Positions 26,868 to 41,093 are shown, numbered from the stretch's first letter. The stretch: DNA of 64,000 nucleotides from Octopus vulgaris (GCA_951406725.2 OX597827.1:42780001-42844000); one strand, 5' to 3'. Numbers and translations are program-made. The notes: generated by a model from the letters alone, not told the origin.

Positions 26868-27450
26868 TACAGGGTGGCCCTAAAGTAGGTTTACAGTTAT
26901 TCAACTATCACTTTCGCATTTATATATTAACAGTTTAGATCTTAATTATAAAAGAGAGCGCAAACCTCCGCCAAGGCGACACTAATGTCCTCTCAACGAT
27001 TAGCCGAAGATGATTTTTAAAATGAGAATATCTGAAATAAATTTGGCTGCCCTCACGAACTAAAATACTAAAAATCAACACGACCGCTCTCAAAAATTAA
27101 GTTAAAAAACAGGAAAAATAATCCAGAATCCATGTCCGGTACAGGATCGATCTCAAAATTTAATCAGTTCGTGCCAGTCACGAGGCCAAACATGCCCGAA
27201 ATTTTCATCCGAATTATCTTGAGATATCTTGTCCACGGACAAACAGACAAACACGACTGAAAACAATACCCCCACCTTCGCTATGGTGAAGGTAAAAATA
27301 TGAAACCATCATTCTATGCTAATCTGGTTAATTTTGTCAAGCTCCCTTTTCAGTTTGTAAGATAGAAATTTAAATGTAAGAAAAATATTTTAAAAGAAAT
27401 TTAAAGTGCCTACATGATAAATGTAAACCTATTTTTGGAGCAGCCTGTAT
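26868..27450. mobile_element. Tc1/mariner-type MITE containing a nested Helentron-like (HINE) element at about 26964-27296
   Basis: Termini TA-CAGGGTGGCCCTAAAGTAGG ... CCTATTTTTGGAGCAGCCTG-TA; the same left end occurs at 17414. The inner element has ACCTCCGCCAAGG ... CCTTCGCTATGGTGAAGG ends. Confidence 0.6.
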
Positions 27451-27962
27451 CATTCATGCAGGCAGGTAGGTATGCACATATATATATATGTGTATGTGTG
27501 TGTGTGTGTGTATGCGCATGTGTACATATATACATGCATGCATACACATATACACATCTGCATAGACGCATAAACCCACACATGCACACACACATACGTA
27601 CATGCATGCTACATGTTCAGACATCTGTATCATACTCGTGTATAGACATGCATACACACATACGAACATACATATGCATTTGTGTGTGCGTGTGTGTGTA
27701 TGTGTGTGTGTGCGTACGACTATGCGCGCGTGCTTGTAATTTGGTTAGGTTTAAATGTCATAATGAAAATGTACCCACTAAAATCCCTGGATTTTCCAAA
27801 TCATATTTGTAATATCCTGTGGATGGGGGAATGCAACAAGTAGAACATTAGCTATGTGGAAACGTACGTAGCAATGCATTAAAGTATTTATGAATTTCCA
27901 CCGAAAGGTTCGAGCTATTACTATATCTATCTGTCTGTCTGTCTGTTTATCTATCTATCTAA

Positions 27963-28017
<55 letters not shown>

Positions 28018-28127
28018 TAAATGAAAGAATGGAGACAAACGAAGATGTTAACAAAATTCCTTTACTCTCGACATATGTTTCGAATTTTCCATGCTGACGA
28101 TAAACATAGGATAATTCATTCACCTAC

Positions 28128-28264
<137 letters not shown>

Positions 28265-28488
28265 AAGTGTGGAGGTGCAAAGGCCCAGTGGTTAGGGCAG
28301 CGGACTCGCGTTCGTAGGATTGCGGTTTCGATTCCCAGACCGGGCGTTGTGAGTGTTTATTCAGCGAAAACACCTAAAAGCTCCACGAGGCTCCGGTAGG
28401 GTGTTGTGATCCCTGCTGTACTCTTTCACCACTCTTTCTCCCACTCTTTCTTCTGTTGGCCTGCTCGCTTAGCGAACGTGATCACGTG

Positions 28489-28520
<32 letters not shown>

Positions 28521-28641
28521 CAAGTCATGAGGTATGAGAAATAAATATATTTATTTAGCTACTTGAATTCCTTAAGATTACGGCCGTTTCGCTGTCTTCA
28601 TGAAGCATTTACATAAAGCATACATATACATATATGTAAAC

Positions 28642-28679
<38 letters not shown>

Positions 28680-28967
28680 CTATATTTACATATATATATA
28701 TATGTATATATATGTATATATATGCATATATTTAAATGTATGTGCATGTACGTTTGTGTGCATGTATGCATTAACATGTGGATCTGTGGATGATGAGAGG
28801 AGTATAAGGAGGCCGAGGGGGGTGAGAGGAGGACTTGGGTGAATGGAGGGGACGGGGTGTCGATGATGAGGTCGTGGGGTGGCGTTGGTGGGGGCGATGC
28901 GGTTGTTGTAGAACTAGCTGCAGTTGTGATGGTGGTGTTTATTTTACTGTGGCTGCTGTTGTTGTTG

Positions 28968-28998
<31 letters not shown>

Positions 28999-29107
28999 CT
29001 GGTGGTGGTGTGTATGTAGCAGATGAAGTTTCGTATGAAGTGAAATGTGGGTTGGCATTGAGAATGGGATACGGTGAGGGAGGGCAGGAGAGCTAGAGGA
29101 ACATGTT

Positions 29108-29148
<41 letters not shown>

Positions 29149-29293
29149 TGCGTATGTATGTATGTATGTATGTATGTTTTCCAAATAAGTTTATCTTTCT
29201 TTATGTATGTATATATATATTTGTTTATTTTTTCTGTTTTCCATTTTGATCTGCCTATATATGTATATATATATATATATATATATACATATT

Positions 29294-29345
<52 letters not shown>

Positions 29346-29359
29346 CATATTTATGTGTG

Positions 29360-29424
<65 letters not shown>

Positions 29425-29652
29425 ATGTATGTATGTATGTATGTATGTATGTATGCATGTATGTATGTATGTATGTATGTATGTATGTATGTATGTATGT
29501 ATGTATGCGTGTATATGTATGTAAGATAAGGTGCGCTGTCAGTTTGGAGGGAAGCCTACATTTAGATAAGGCGCGTGTTTCGACAGAGGAAAAAAATGTT
29601 TTAAAAAGACCGATGCTTTGATGGAAAGAGAAGGATAGAAGGATAAAGAGAG

Positions 29653-29685
<33 letters not shown>

Positions 29686-30490
29686 TGAGAGAGAGAGAGA
29701 TAACGAGGGAGAGAGAGAATGAGGGAGAGAATGAAAGTCGGATTGGAAGAAAGAAGGAAAGAAAATTAGGACTTGGGTTATTGGACTAGAGTGGAGAAGA
29801 GAAAAGAAAACTGACGTAGGGGTGGGGAGTAGTGGGAACCTATGGTGCGGATAGGGTTGGGGGTTGGACGTGTGGGTTGTCGGATGGAAGAAAAACATAG
29901 GAAGAAAGAAAGAAAAAAGAAAGAAAGAAGGAAATAAAGAGAGGAAAAAAAGAAAGGAAGAAGACAGAAATTTGGACAGGGTGGTGGTGGTGGTGGTGGT
30001 GGTGGTAGTAGTTGTATGTTGCGGAAAGGTGTGAGGCTGGGTGTATGGTGGTCGGGTGGCATGAAAGAAAGACAGAAAGAACGAACGAACGAACGAAGGA
30101 AAGATACGAAAGCTTAGGCAGGTTGTTGTACTTGTTGTAGTTGTTGCTGTTGGTGTGGTGGTGGTGGTGGTGGTGGTGGTGGTGGTGGTCGTCGTCGTCG
30201 TCGTGATTGTGTTGGTGGTGATAATGTTAATGGTAGTGATGGTGCTGGTATAGGTGGTGCTGATGATGAATGTAGAGTTTATGGTGATGGTAACGGTGTT
30301 GTTGTTGCTGTTGCTGTAGGTGGTGGTATTAAATGGCATTGATACAGGTGATGGTGATGGTGATGGTGATGGTGATGGTGGTGATAACAGTGGTAAGTGG
30401 TGGTGGTGATGTCGGTGGGATGTTGCGATGAGATGGAATAAGAATGTGTTGGTCGGGTAGAAAAAAAATCAAAAAAAAAAGTTAACCATG

Positions 30491-30550
30491 GAACAGGGTG
30501 GAACAGGGTGGAACAGGGTGGAACAGGGTGGAACAGGGTGGAACAGGGTG
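30491..30550 (+). repeat. (GAACAGGGTG)6 perfect 10-bp tandem repeat
   Basis: Six exact units. Confidence 0.95.
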
Positions 30551-30623
30551 GAATAGGAAGCAGAGAAGAGAAACAAAACAAGGCAAAACAAACCCGAATA
30601 GATACAAAAATAGAATGGATATG

Positions 30624-30682
<59 letters not shown>

Positions 30683-32401
30683 CTTTACTCTTTACTCTTT
30701 TACTGTTTCAGTCATTTGACTGCGGCCATGCTGGAGCACCGCCTTTAGTCGAGCAAATCGACCCCCAGGACTTATTCTTTGTAAGCCCAGTACTTATTCT
30801 ATCGGTCTCTCTTTTGCCGAACCGCTAAGTGACGGGGGACGTAAAACACACCAGCATCGGTTGTCAAGCAATGCTAGGGGGACAAACACAGACATACAAA
30901 CATATACACACACATACATATATATATATATATACATATATACGACAGGCTTCTTTCAGTTTCCGTCTACCAAATCCACTCGCAAGGCTTTGGTCGACCC
31001 GAGGCTATAGCAGAAGACACTTGCCCAAGATGCCACGCAGTGGGACTGAACCCGGAACCATGTGGTTGGTTAGCAAGCTACTTACCACACAGCCACTCCT
31101 GCGCCTATATACATACACATACATACATACGTTTATACACACACACGCATGTATGTATATATATCTATACAGAAAGATATAGATATAGATAGATAGATAG
31201 ATAGATACATACATATTTATGTATACATGTAATGTATGTATATATAAATAAAATATGCATGCACGCGCACACGCACGCACACACTCACACATATATAATA
31301 AAGGGATGATAATTGTTCAATCCATGCTACATATGTTTCAATAGCATGCCATTTTATTCATAATTTGTGCATTACATCACATAAAACGGGAAAATTCTTA
31401 ATTGATTACTTAACTAATTAATCGATTTATCGTCTTAAAGCGTTAAACTGTCAAGTAGTCACATACTCCATTTCTTTCTCTGTCATCACTCATGTCGTAC
31501 CTCACTCATCAAGAACTAACCACTGTATACGACAACACTTGTCTCTCCACTATTTCCTCTCGACACTCATCAATCATCCAGTCTTCAACCCACTAAAACA
31601 AAACAAAAACAATAATTAAAGCAAAAAAAAAACACATTAAAACAAAAGAAAAACAAGCAAAATAGAAGCCGACAACCCAATGGAATGATATTTTTCACCA
31701 ATATAGATGCTTGTAGAGAAACAAACTTACAAAATAAACTAAGTTGAATATCATGGCTCAGTGGCTAGAGCGTCCGACTCACAACCATGAGTTAGTGAGC
31801 TCGATTCCCGGAACGGGTTGTGTATTGTGTTCTTGAGCAAGATGCTTTATTTCACGTTGCTCCAGTTCGCTCATCTGCAGACATCACTGGTGCCAAGCTG
31901 TATCGGCCTTTGCCTTTCATCTTAGACAACATCGGTAGCGTGGAGAGAAAAGGTTGTTATGCATGGGCAACTGCTGGTCTTCCATAAACAACTTTGCCTG
32001 GACTTGAACCTCAGAGGGTAACTTTCTAGGTCATTCATGACCGAAGTGGGGGTCTTTTTACTCTTGAATAACATGGTTTATAATTTTGGTATAAGGACAC
32101 AAGTTTCAAAGGATGGGAGTTAGTCGACTGCATTGACCCCCAATACTTGACTGGTACTTTATTTTATCGACCCTAAAAGAAGGAAAGATAAAGTTGACCT
32201 TAGCAGGATTCAAATTCAGAATTCCGCCATAAAAATATCGCAAAGCATTTTTACCAACGCTCTATCAGTTATGCTAGCTAATGGCTTAACTTCTGTGATT
32301 GCAATAGCTCCTCTTTTCCTTATGACTGGATCATGAAAAGAGAAAAAAAATTAAATCCTGTTGTGTCTCGTCGACACCGTTATGTCCGTCTTTGAACTCA
32401 C

Positions 32402-32426
32402 TGTATATGCCACTTTATAATGTGGA
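32402..32426 (-). CDS. Candidate 25-nt microexon (reads PHYKVAYT)
   Basis: Minus strand: long U-rich AG-free tract, then ...TTATAAG|TCCACATTATAAAGTGGCATATACA|GTGAGT. Confidence 0.25.
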
Positions 32427-32972
32427 CTTATAATAACAAGTTTATAACAATACAAATATAAACCAGAAACAACATGTAACAAACAATATCTCTTCTCAAC
32501 GACTTCTAAAACTGTCTTCACAAAGCACCTTCACACACCACATTGTCCTTCACTGACAGTGCGCATATGCCTTTATACGGTTTAGGACAGTTGATTTGCT
32601 TTTCCACAGGGTTGTCAGGATTTCACCATAGCAAATCCTGAATCCAAAGAAAAAGGAACGAATAATTAGTCCTAAGGAGGACTCGTAACAAAATTGGATA
32701 AGTTTAATTACCGCGAGGAATGGAGAAAATAACGTTTCGGACAACTGCCCTTCGTCAGAGAATACGGAAGAGACAGAGAGAAATAATGGTGTTATCGGTT
32801 GTCGTGTTGATCAGTAAATGGTAGATATATAGATATAAAAAAAAGCATAGTGTGACTTAACTGGTCTAGTTTCACCGTTTTACAACACACTCCATGAACT
32901 TGAAAATATAAAAAGAGAAAAATATCACAGATAAAATACTACAAACACACACACATATATTGGCGTGCGCAC

Positions 32973-33054
<82 letters not shown>

Positions 33055-33415
33055 TCACAAATATATATATAGGGTGTATGTGTATGTGTGTGTGCGTGCG
33101 TATGTGTATGTATATATATATATATATATATACATATATGGGTGCATGTGTGTGTGCGTGTGTGCGTGTATGTGTGCGTGTATGTGTGAGTGTGTGTATG
33201 CAGATGTAAATATTTACTTAAGGTTATTAAAGCAATTTTTAGAATAATAACTAACGGGACAGCACTGAAGTGCATTCTAGCCTTAACGAAAATTGTTTAA
33301 CAGTATACACGTGTATACATGTGTTTGTATATATGAGTATATGTATGTGTGCCTTTGTGTATGTATGTATGTATATATATATATATATATATATACAAAT
33401 GTGTGTGTGTGTGTG

Positions 33416-33519
<104 letters not shown>

Positions 33520-33883
33520 ACAAAGTGTACGTACGCTGCTATGAATATATAAAATACAAAATGGGACACGACGCAAAACATCTGGACAACTAGATGATAC
33601 AAAAAGGGACAACAAAACATCCAGATAGACGATGCAAAAAAACAAGGACGGGTCATTCGAAGCCTTTTATCCTCAGTCAAGAACCGGATCATCCTCGCAA
33701 TTTAGGCTGATTAATCTTGAGATTGCTCCAATCTGGCCAGCCCCAAGGAAAAACTAAGCTAAGAGCATTAGATTCCTTGGAAAAAAGCATCGAATGTATA
33801 CGAAAACAAGGACAGAAAAACAGACGATGTTACACGAATATAAATACAAAAATACAATAAATATACAATAAATACAAAAATTC

Positions 33884-33951
<68 letters not shown>

Positions 33952-33952
<1 letters not shown>

Positions 33953-35045
33953 GAAGCTTCATTCTATCATCAAGGAAAGCAAAAAATTTGCTATTGATCT
34001 CGTGCAGGATACCCAAACTGAACAACCCGAGGGAAGTACGGCAACTATTGTTGCAAAGAAGGTGAAAATGATGGCAATGAAAAAGCGCACGAGCAATTGG
34101 CTGATAGGTGGGAGGAGAAACCTCTGCACGGCAAATATGTGACCCGCAGCAAACAAGCTGATGTTGACCAGAAGCAAACCCATCAGTGGCTGCGGAGCTC
34201 AGGGCTAAAAGCAGAGAGCGAAGGTTTCATCCTGGCTGCTCAAGACCAAAGCCTATTAACCCGGAACTACCAGGCCAATGTGATGAAAAATGGAGCAGAC
34301 CCAAAATGCCGATTCTGCAACGACATGATTGAAACAGTGGACCACCTAATCTCTGGATGTAAAGTCTTAGCACCAGTGGAGTATAAATTAAGACATGACA
34401 GAGTTGGCCAATATCTCCACTGGCTAATAAGTCGGCATTACAATATCAAAACTGCCGACAAGTGGTATAATCACCACCCTGAGGCTGTAACTGAAGGAGA
34501 AAATGTAACCATTCTGTGGGACTTTCCAGTACATACAGACCGAACCATCAAGCCAATAAACCAGATATTGTTGTGAAAGACCAAAACAATAAAGTTTGCT
34601 TATTGATCGACATGAGCATCCCCTGTGATCATAATATCTCAGCGAAAGAGTTTGACAAGCTCAGAAAATATAAAGACCTACTCATTGAAATTGAGAAAAT
34701 GTGGCATCTCAAGGCGGTTACAATACCAGTGATCGTAGGAGCACTAGGAATGATCAAGAAGGGAACCGAAAATTATATGAGAATGATCCCTGGCTTACCA
34801 TCCCTGCAAGAAGTGCAAAAGATTGTCTTAACTGGTACATCACACGTATTGAGAAGAGCATTGTCGATGTGAGAACTGTTGCTGCTCATGTATTTTAATT
34901 TAACTTAAAAAAAAAAAAAAAAAAATGAACGAACTACTGAGTTTGGTTTAATGGCCTACCAATATACACTATGAGTTTCTTTGCCCTAGGAGTCGGGAAG
35001 ACACTCGGCAAGAAATGGAAGAAAATTTGAAAGAAGAAAAAAAAA

Positions 35046-35046
<1 letters not shown>
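33952..35046 (+). mobile_element. 5'-truncated RLE-type LINE (R4/Dong-like) inserted in (AAT)n
   Basis: CRFC...ETVDHLISGC zinc knuckle, RHD, KPDIVV..CLLIDMSIP..KE..K..KY (PD-D/ExK-type endonuclease) and IPVIVGALG. One frameshift near 34550. (AAT)n on both flanks. Confidence 0.9.
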
Positions 35047-35086
<40 letters not shown>

Positions 35087-36226
35087 GTCGAAGAAAAACG
35101 TTTCAAGATATACAACATGGGGTAAACCATTCAGGTTATTCATAGAGTGTGATAAGCACCACCATATAAATACATGTATCAGCGTAAAAGTACATCAGAT
35201 ATTCTTATACGGGATACAGAGACAATACGAAAAGTAATATCTTCAGATTAATTTTAAAATTACCATTGGATAAAATATATTTACTTATAGTTTATCTAAC
35301 CAAGAAATATCTTGAGAGGTGTTGGCGAAAAAAAAATGAAAAGACAAAAAACAAAACCAGAAGCGATAAAAATGGTGCACCATTAAAAATAGATCGTTAT
35401 ATATTTCAAAATGGTAAACAAATCGTGATTTTGAACCTCAGATCATAGAGATATTATAAGAAACAAATAAGTAGATGAATAGGTAAAAAAGACATGAAAG
35501 GGGAAAAAAATTTTAATCGAAAGCTATACACAGTAAAAACGTTTAGCAAAAACATAATCGGTAAATGGTGGAAGAAATATTTCAAAAAATCAAGAGATAC
35601 AACGCCAAACTTTTATGCTTTATTATCGCAACTCGAATAAGCTTATTATAAGAAAATATTTAGTCACTGAAAAATAGAAATAAAGGTTTTTGATGTGGTG
35701 ACACCTTGAATAAAGCTGCAGGGATACATTTTTAACCTGAATGAAATCTGGATGCAGATAAACAAACGGAATGCAAATGAAAAATACAAACCACATTGCA
35801 TGCTTTTCATGCAGCAGAAACATATGTCGGACAGAGATTTAAATTAAATATACTGTATAAATGATTCTAATAATAAAAAGTGTGTGTGTGTATGTGTGTT
35901 TATGTTCCTTCATACACACACACACACACACAAAAACTCACCCTCACACACATAATTCTTTAATTGGTACCGGTTATTGCATTACGTTTATACTCAGACT
36001 ATAGTACAATCGTCTTGCACAAGATGTTGCGAAGGGGGATCGAAATCGAAAGCACGTTGCGCAATGTGTTCTCTTTAACAATACGCACATACACATTCCC
36101 AAACGCACTTTGGTTTTTTATTCTCTCTTCGTGTTTCTGTGTATCTGTGTGTGTTTCTTTCTCTCCATCACTCTCTCTCCCCCTCTCTTCCTCTCTCTGT
36201 CTCTGTGATACACACACACACACACA

Positions 36227-36266
<40 letters not shown>

Positions 36267-36299
36267 GATTCCTAAGTTTGAAATAATAATAATAATAAT

Positions 36300-36720
36300 A
36301 AGTGAAGCTGCTTGGCACAGCTTGACCTTGAACTCTGCTGTGCATGCGCACTAGGTTTTAACGTTCTCGCTCCCTTTCACTGTTTATAGCAATTTCAGTT
36401 AGGTTTCATTTGCTCAAGATCTACTTTATTGTGTCTAGAACGATGAAGACTTTTTGAAAACTTTGCGTAAGCCTCTGAGCAGGCATCGCCAAGCTTTCAG
36501 CAAAACCTGATGCAGATTCTCTGCCCAGCTTTCTCTGTTATGGTCAATGCGACGATCACACGCTACACACCTTCCTTCCAAGTACCGTTGTAAACAGCGG
36601 AAGTGAGCTAGAACGTTAAAACGTAGTGTGCATGCACAGCAGAGCTCAAGGTCTTTACTCTGTGTGCTTTTGCTTCGTTACTATGGCAACAGCCCGGATA
36701 CATATTGATCAGACCTCGTA
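36300..36720 (-). mobile_element. Non-autonomous mariner-like element with internal inverted repeats
   Basis: TA-CGAGGTCTGATCAA terminus on the minus strand. 36333-36366 is inverted relative to 36610-36643. Confidence 0.55.
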
Positions 36721-36763
36721 CATACACACATACATATATGCATACATATATACATAGACATGC

Positions 36764-36796
<33 letters not shown>

Positions 36797-36842
36797 TGTA
36801 TGTATGTATGTATGTATGTATGCATGTATGTATGCATGTATG

Positions 36843-36876
<34 letters not shown>

Positions 36877-37923
36877 TGTATGTATGTGTACGCATACATA
36901 CACACTCGTAATATAAATGACCAACCTTATCACATGCTGTCATACATAATCTACCAATATAGTACAACAACATAAATGTCTGTGAATTAATTTATTTTCG
37001 ATTATGTCCATGATCTTCGCATTCATTCCGTTATCTGTGTGATATCGTTAAGCATAAAATTTCTTTTGAAAGCTTTCTAGTTGACGACATGTAGGGAAAA
37101 ATATAAGCAGTGATTACATTCCCTAAAGGACGGATGTCCTGGGAAGAAAGATTTGTACCGTGTGGTTAATGTGGTATCTCGAGCAGATACAATACGGATA
37201 ATGTTCGGAGAGATACTCGCACCGTTTGTGCATTAGTGGTGATACCTCGAGACTAGCAAGTTCCGGGGAGTAAGATGGGGCACGGTAGTATCAATAGAAA
37301 AGGTAGAAAGAGGGAGAGAGAGAGAGAGAGAGAGTGAAAGAGAGAGAGAGAGTGAAAGAGAGAGTGAAAGAGAGAGAGTGAAAGAGAGAGAAGGCGGCAA
37401 ACTTTTAATCAGAAACTGGAGTATATAGGGGAACGACTTTTTTATGGTGGTGGTGGTGGAGGTAGAGGTGGTGGTGGTGGTGGTGGTGGTGGTGGTGGTG
37501 GTGGTGGTGGTGGTGGTGGTGGTGGTTTTGATGGTGGTGGTTGCAGACAAGGATATCCATATGTGTTGTTGTGGTTCAGTGACAGAGTGGCACAGTGGCA
37601 CAGTGTCGCGTGCGAGATCAATACACTAATGGGGTCTCAATTTAGCAATGTAGCAGCTGAACTATTTTCTAGATCTATAGAGGAAGGCCGATGATGCAAT
37701 CTTTTCAGGATTGAAGATGTGATTTTGTAAAAATAAGTTCTCCGTGATGGCGATCTCCATCAATATCAATAGCTTTCTTGGTGGTTCTGGCTTTGTGGTG
37801 GTCAGCTTTAGAGGGAAACGTTAATGCTTCATGATATACATATGTATGCATGTATCTATCTATCTATCGATATATATATCTGTCTGTTTGTTGACCCCTG
37901 TCTGTCAGTCTGTTTATCTATCT

Positions 37924-37959
<36 letters not shown>

Positions 37960-38074
37960 GATGGGTTGCTTTTCGTTTCCATATTTTAAATTCACTCACA
38001 AGGCTTTGGTAGGCCCGAGCCTATAGTAGAAGACACTTGCCCAAGATACCAGGCAGTGGGACTGAACCTAGAAA

Positions 38075-39780
38075 CCGTTTTTCATAAGCGTGTTGAGGAC
38101 CTTCTGCGATTCGCTTTGGATTTCGACAACGTTGTTAAAACGGCGACCTTTGAGCTGCAATTTCATCATTAGGAAGAGATGGAATTCCGCAGGTACTAAA
38201 TTTGGTTAATAGGGCGGGTGGAGAAGCGATACCAGGTTGTTTTTACAACAATCTCACGAGCGATGAGAGTTCGGTGACAGGGTGAATTGTCGTCGTGAAG
38301 AAACCAACTTTTGGCGCCTCACAGATCAGGTCTCTTTCACTGAACATCTTCCCTCAAACGCTTCAAAACGTCACAGTAGGACTCTTGAATGACGGTCTGA
38401 CCCTGGAGGATGAATTCTTGATGCACATACCGCGGATGTTGTAAGAAAAAAAAACGTTTGATTGAGCATGCTCTTGATTGAGAAAAAAAGTCACTATTTT
38501 ATTCAACCCTATAACAATTCCTGTTAGATCGCAGCCTTTGCCTCTTTTTCCTAATAATCCTTTCCAATATCGCCAAAAAGGGCTAAAAATCAACCCCAGT
38601 TCTTATTTTATCGACCCCGGCGGAATTTGTACTCAGAATCTTAAGAACGAGATGTCGCTAAGCATTTTACTCGACGCACTAACGGTCGTGGAGATAAATG
38701 GTTCTTCCATTGTGACGGCAGCTGCTTCGTCTTAGGGTCGTAGCCGAAGAACCAACTCTAGTCACCAGCGATGATCCTCGACCTTGAAGGACATGTCATC
38801 AGCAATTCGCCAAGGGAGAACTTGACAGGCTGCGGCGCTATGTTCTGTCGCTAAGCATTTTACTCGACGCACTAACGGTCGTGGAGATAAATGGTTCTTC
38901 CATTGTGACGGCAGCTGCTTCGTCTTAGGGTCGTAGCCGAAGACCCAACTCTAGTCACCAGCGATGATCCTCGACCTTGAAGGACATGTCATCAGCAATT
39001 CGCCAAGGGAGAACTTGACAGGCTGCGGCGCTATGTTCTGTCTGCTCAGTGGTCAGCAACGGGAAATACAATTGGCAGATACAAGCCACATGTTCAATTC
39101 AAACTTTAGCATACATACGACAGAACAACAATATCAGACGATATCGGCGAGCTGGCAGAATCGTTAGCACGCCGGGCGAAATGCGTAGCCGTATTTCGTC
39201 TGCTGTTACGCTCTGAGTTCAAATTACGCCGAGGTCGACTTTGCCTTTCATCCTTTCGGGGTCGATTAAATAAGTACCAGTTACACACTGGGGTCGATAT
39301 AATCGACTTAATCCGTTTGTCTGTCCCCCTCTATGTTTAGCCCCTTGTGGGTAGTAAAGAAATATAAATATCAGACGATTTTCATGCACAAACTGATTAA
39401 TTTTCTCAACATTTCTTGGGGTTTTCCCGCTCGCTCATCGTTTTCCAAGGTCGTTCTTCCGTTTCTGAGGCATCCGTGCCACTCGAAACATGGCATATGA
39501 CTCATTGTCTCGTCACCGTAAGCTTACCGAAGCATGCTCCAATATACCTGTGGCAGATTTCTCAAGTTTAACACAAAAGGCTCGTTGTTCCAACTTCCTG
39601 ACCATGACAAAATCGCAGATTACAGGATACATGTGATCACGGGAACACAAATGTCACAAGCTGCAAAGTAAACACAGCGATGTCACTCGGCACACTGCCT
39701 CATGACGGTCACTGCTAGCTCTCACTGCGCTCGAAACCGTGTGCTGCCATCTGTTGGCGCGCTACAGAACTTTTGATACT
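38075..39780 (-). mobile_element. Decayed mariner transposon, interrupted by SINE pieces and a 193-bp tandem duplication
   Basis: Minus-strand fragments KLEKSATG..AYGDETMS..FEWH..NGRTTLENDERAG and EDVQ*KRPDL*GAKSWFLHDDNSPCH, matching the mariner LHHDNAP.H motif. Confidence 0.8.
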
Positions 39781-39881
39781 TATATAAAGATACATGCACA
39801 AATAGATATATGTTAATGTGTACATACGCATTAAAAATATACATGCACCCGTCTTTTTACGTTTCAATTTCTCTGTCTTGC

Positions 39882-39918
<37 letters not shown>

Positions 39919-39990
39919 ATATTTTATAGAAGGAGCTTCTACAGGACTAGAACTGTTTCATTCAGATGAAATATATATAGCAAGCCCCCC

Positions 39991-40026
<36 letters not shown>

Positions 40027-40286
40027 AGGGGGGTACATGTGTGTTTTGTGTGTGTGTGTGTGTGTGTGTTTGGTGTATGTTATTTTTGTTCAATATGTGG
40101 GTGTGTATATATGTAGGCAGATACATGCACACACACACACATATATATATATGTATGTGTGTGTGTGTGTATCCGTTTATACGCATATAATATACATATA
40201 TATGCATACAAATGTACAGATAAAAAAATATGCATAAATACATATATACATGCACACATACATATATATATAAGCGTGGGTATTTG

Positions 40287-40361
<75 letters not shown>

Positions 40362-40389
40362 TGCGTACGTGTTGTTTATTGTTGCATAC

Positions 40390-40451
40390 AGTGTGCGCCT
40401 TTTCGATCATACCAGTCGGGAATGAGACACTACGAAAAGGTCACGGACACT
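40390..40451 (-). ncRNA. Candidate 62-nt hairpin
   Basis: AGUGU/ACACU, GUG/CGC and CCUUUUCG/CGAAAAGG, plus inner UCAU/AUGA. Pairing is better on the minus strand because of a G-U pair. Confidence 0.3.
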
Positions 40452-40523
40452 CAGCCCACCCCACACTCCTTCTGACTAATTAAAAGGGTGGCATACACAC
40501 ACACACACTCTCTCTCTATCTCT

Positions 40524-40564
<41 letters not shown>

Positions 40565-40757
40565 GCGCGCGAGCACACACACACATACCACAATGCTGCC
40601 TTAGTGTTTAGTTAGTGCTGGCTGATAGTAGCTACAAGGTCTGTGCGTGTGCGCGCGCGTGTGTATGTGTGTGTGTGTGTGTATGCCTGTGCGTGCGTGT
40701 GTGCGTTTGTGTATGTATGTGTGTATATGTATATACAGTAGAAATACGACCACTGAC

Positions 40758-40790
40758 CTGAAAACCTAGTTCAGCGTTGTTCTTTCCCTG
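40758..40790 (-). CDS. Candidate frame-preserving microexon, 33 or 30 nt ([11 protein letters not shown]), with NAGNAG acceptor
   Basis: Minus strand ...TTTGTATATCTAG|CAG|GGAAAGAACAACGCTGAACTAGGTTTTCAG|GTCAGT. Only the phase-0 frame is open. Confidence 0.4.
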
Positions 40791-40831
40791 CTAGATATAC
40801 AAACACACACTGGCTTTGTATATGTTTTCAT

Positions 40832-40902
<71 letters not shown>

Positions 40903-40941
40903 TATATAAATACGCACAAACATATGTATGTATATGTGCCC

Positions 40942-40998
<57 letters not shown>

Positions 40999-41037
40999 AT
41001 AAACACTTGTAGCACAAATATACATGACTATACATAG

Positions 41038-41093
<56 letters not shown>

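Noticed and set aside
30491-30550. Regular short repeats here and in the 9.3-10.2 kb and 45.7-46.9 kb arrays as possible CRISPR-like arrays
   Set aside because: No conserved repeat with unique spacers, no cas genes, and a eukaryotic context.
33645-33682. CUGAGGA...GAAU motifs here (minus) and at 60605 (plus) as hammerheads
   Set aside because: GAAU replaces GAAA and there are no convincing stems I or II, so they are not counted.
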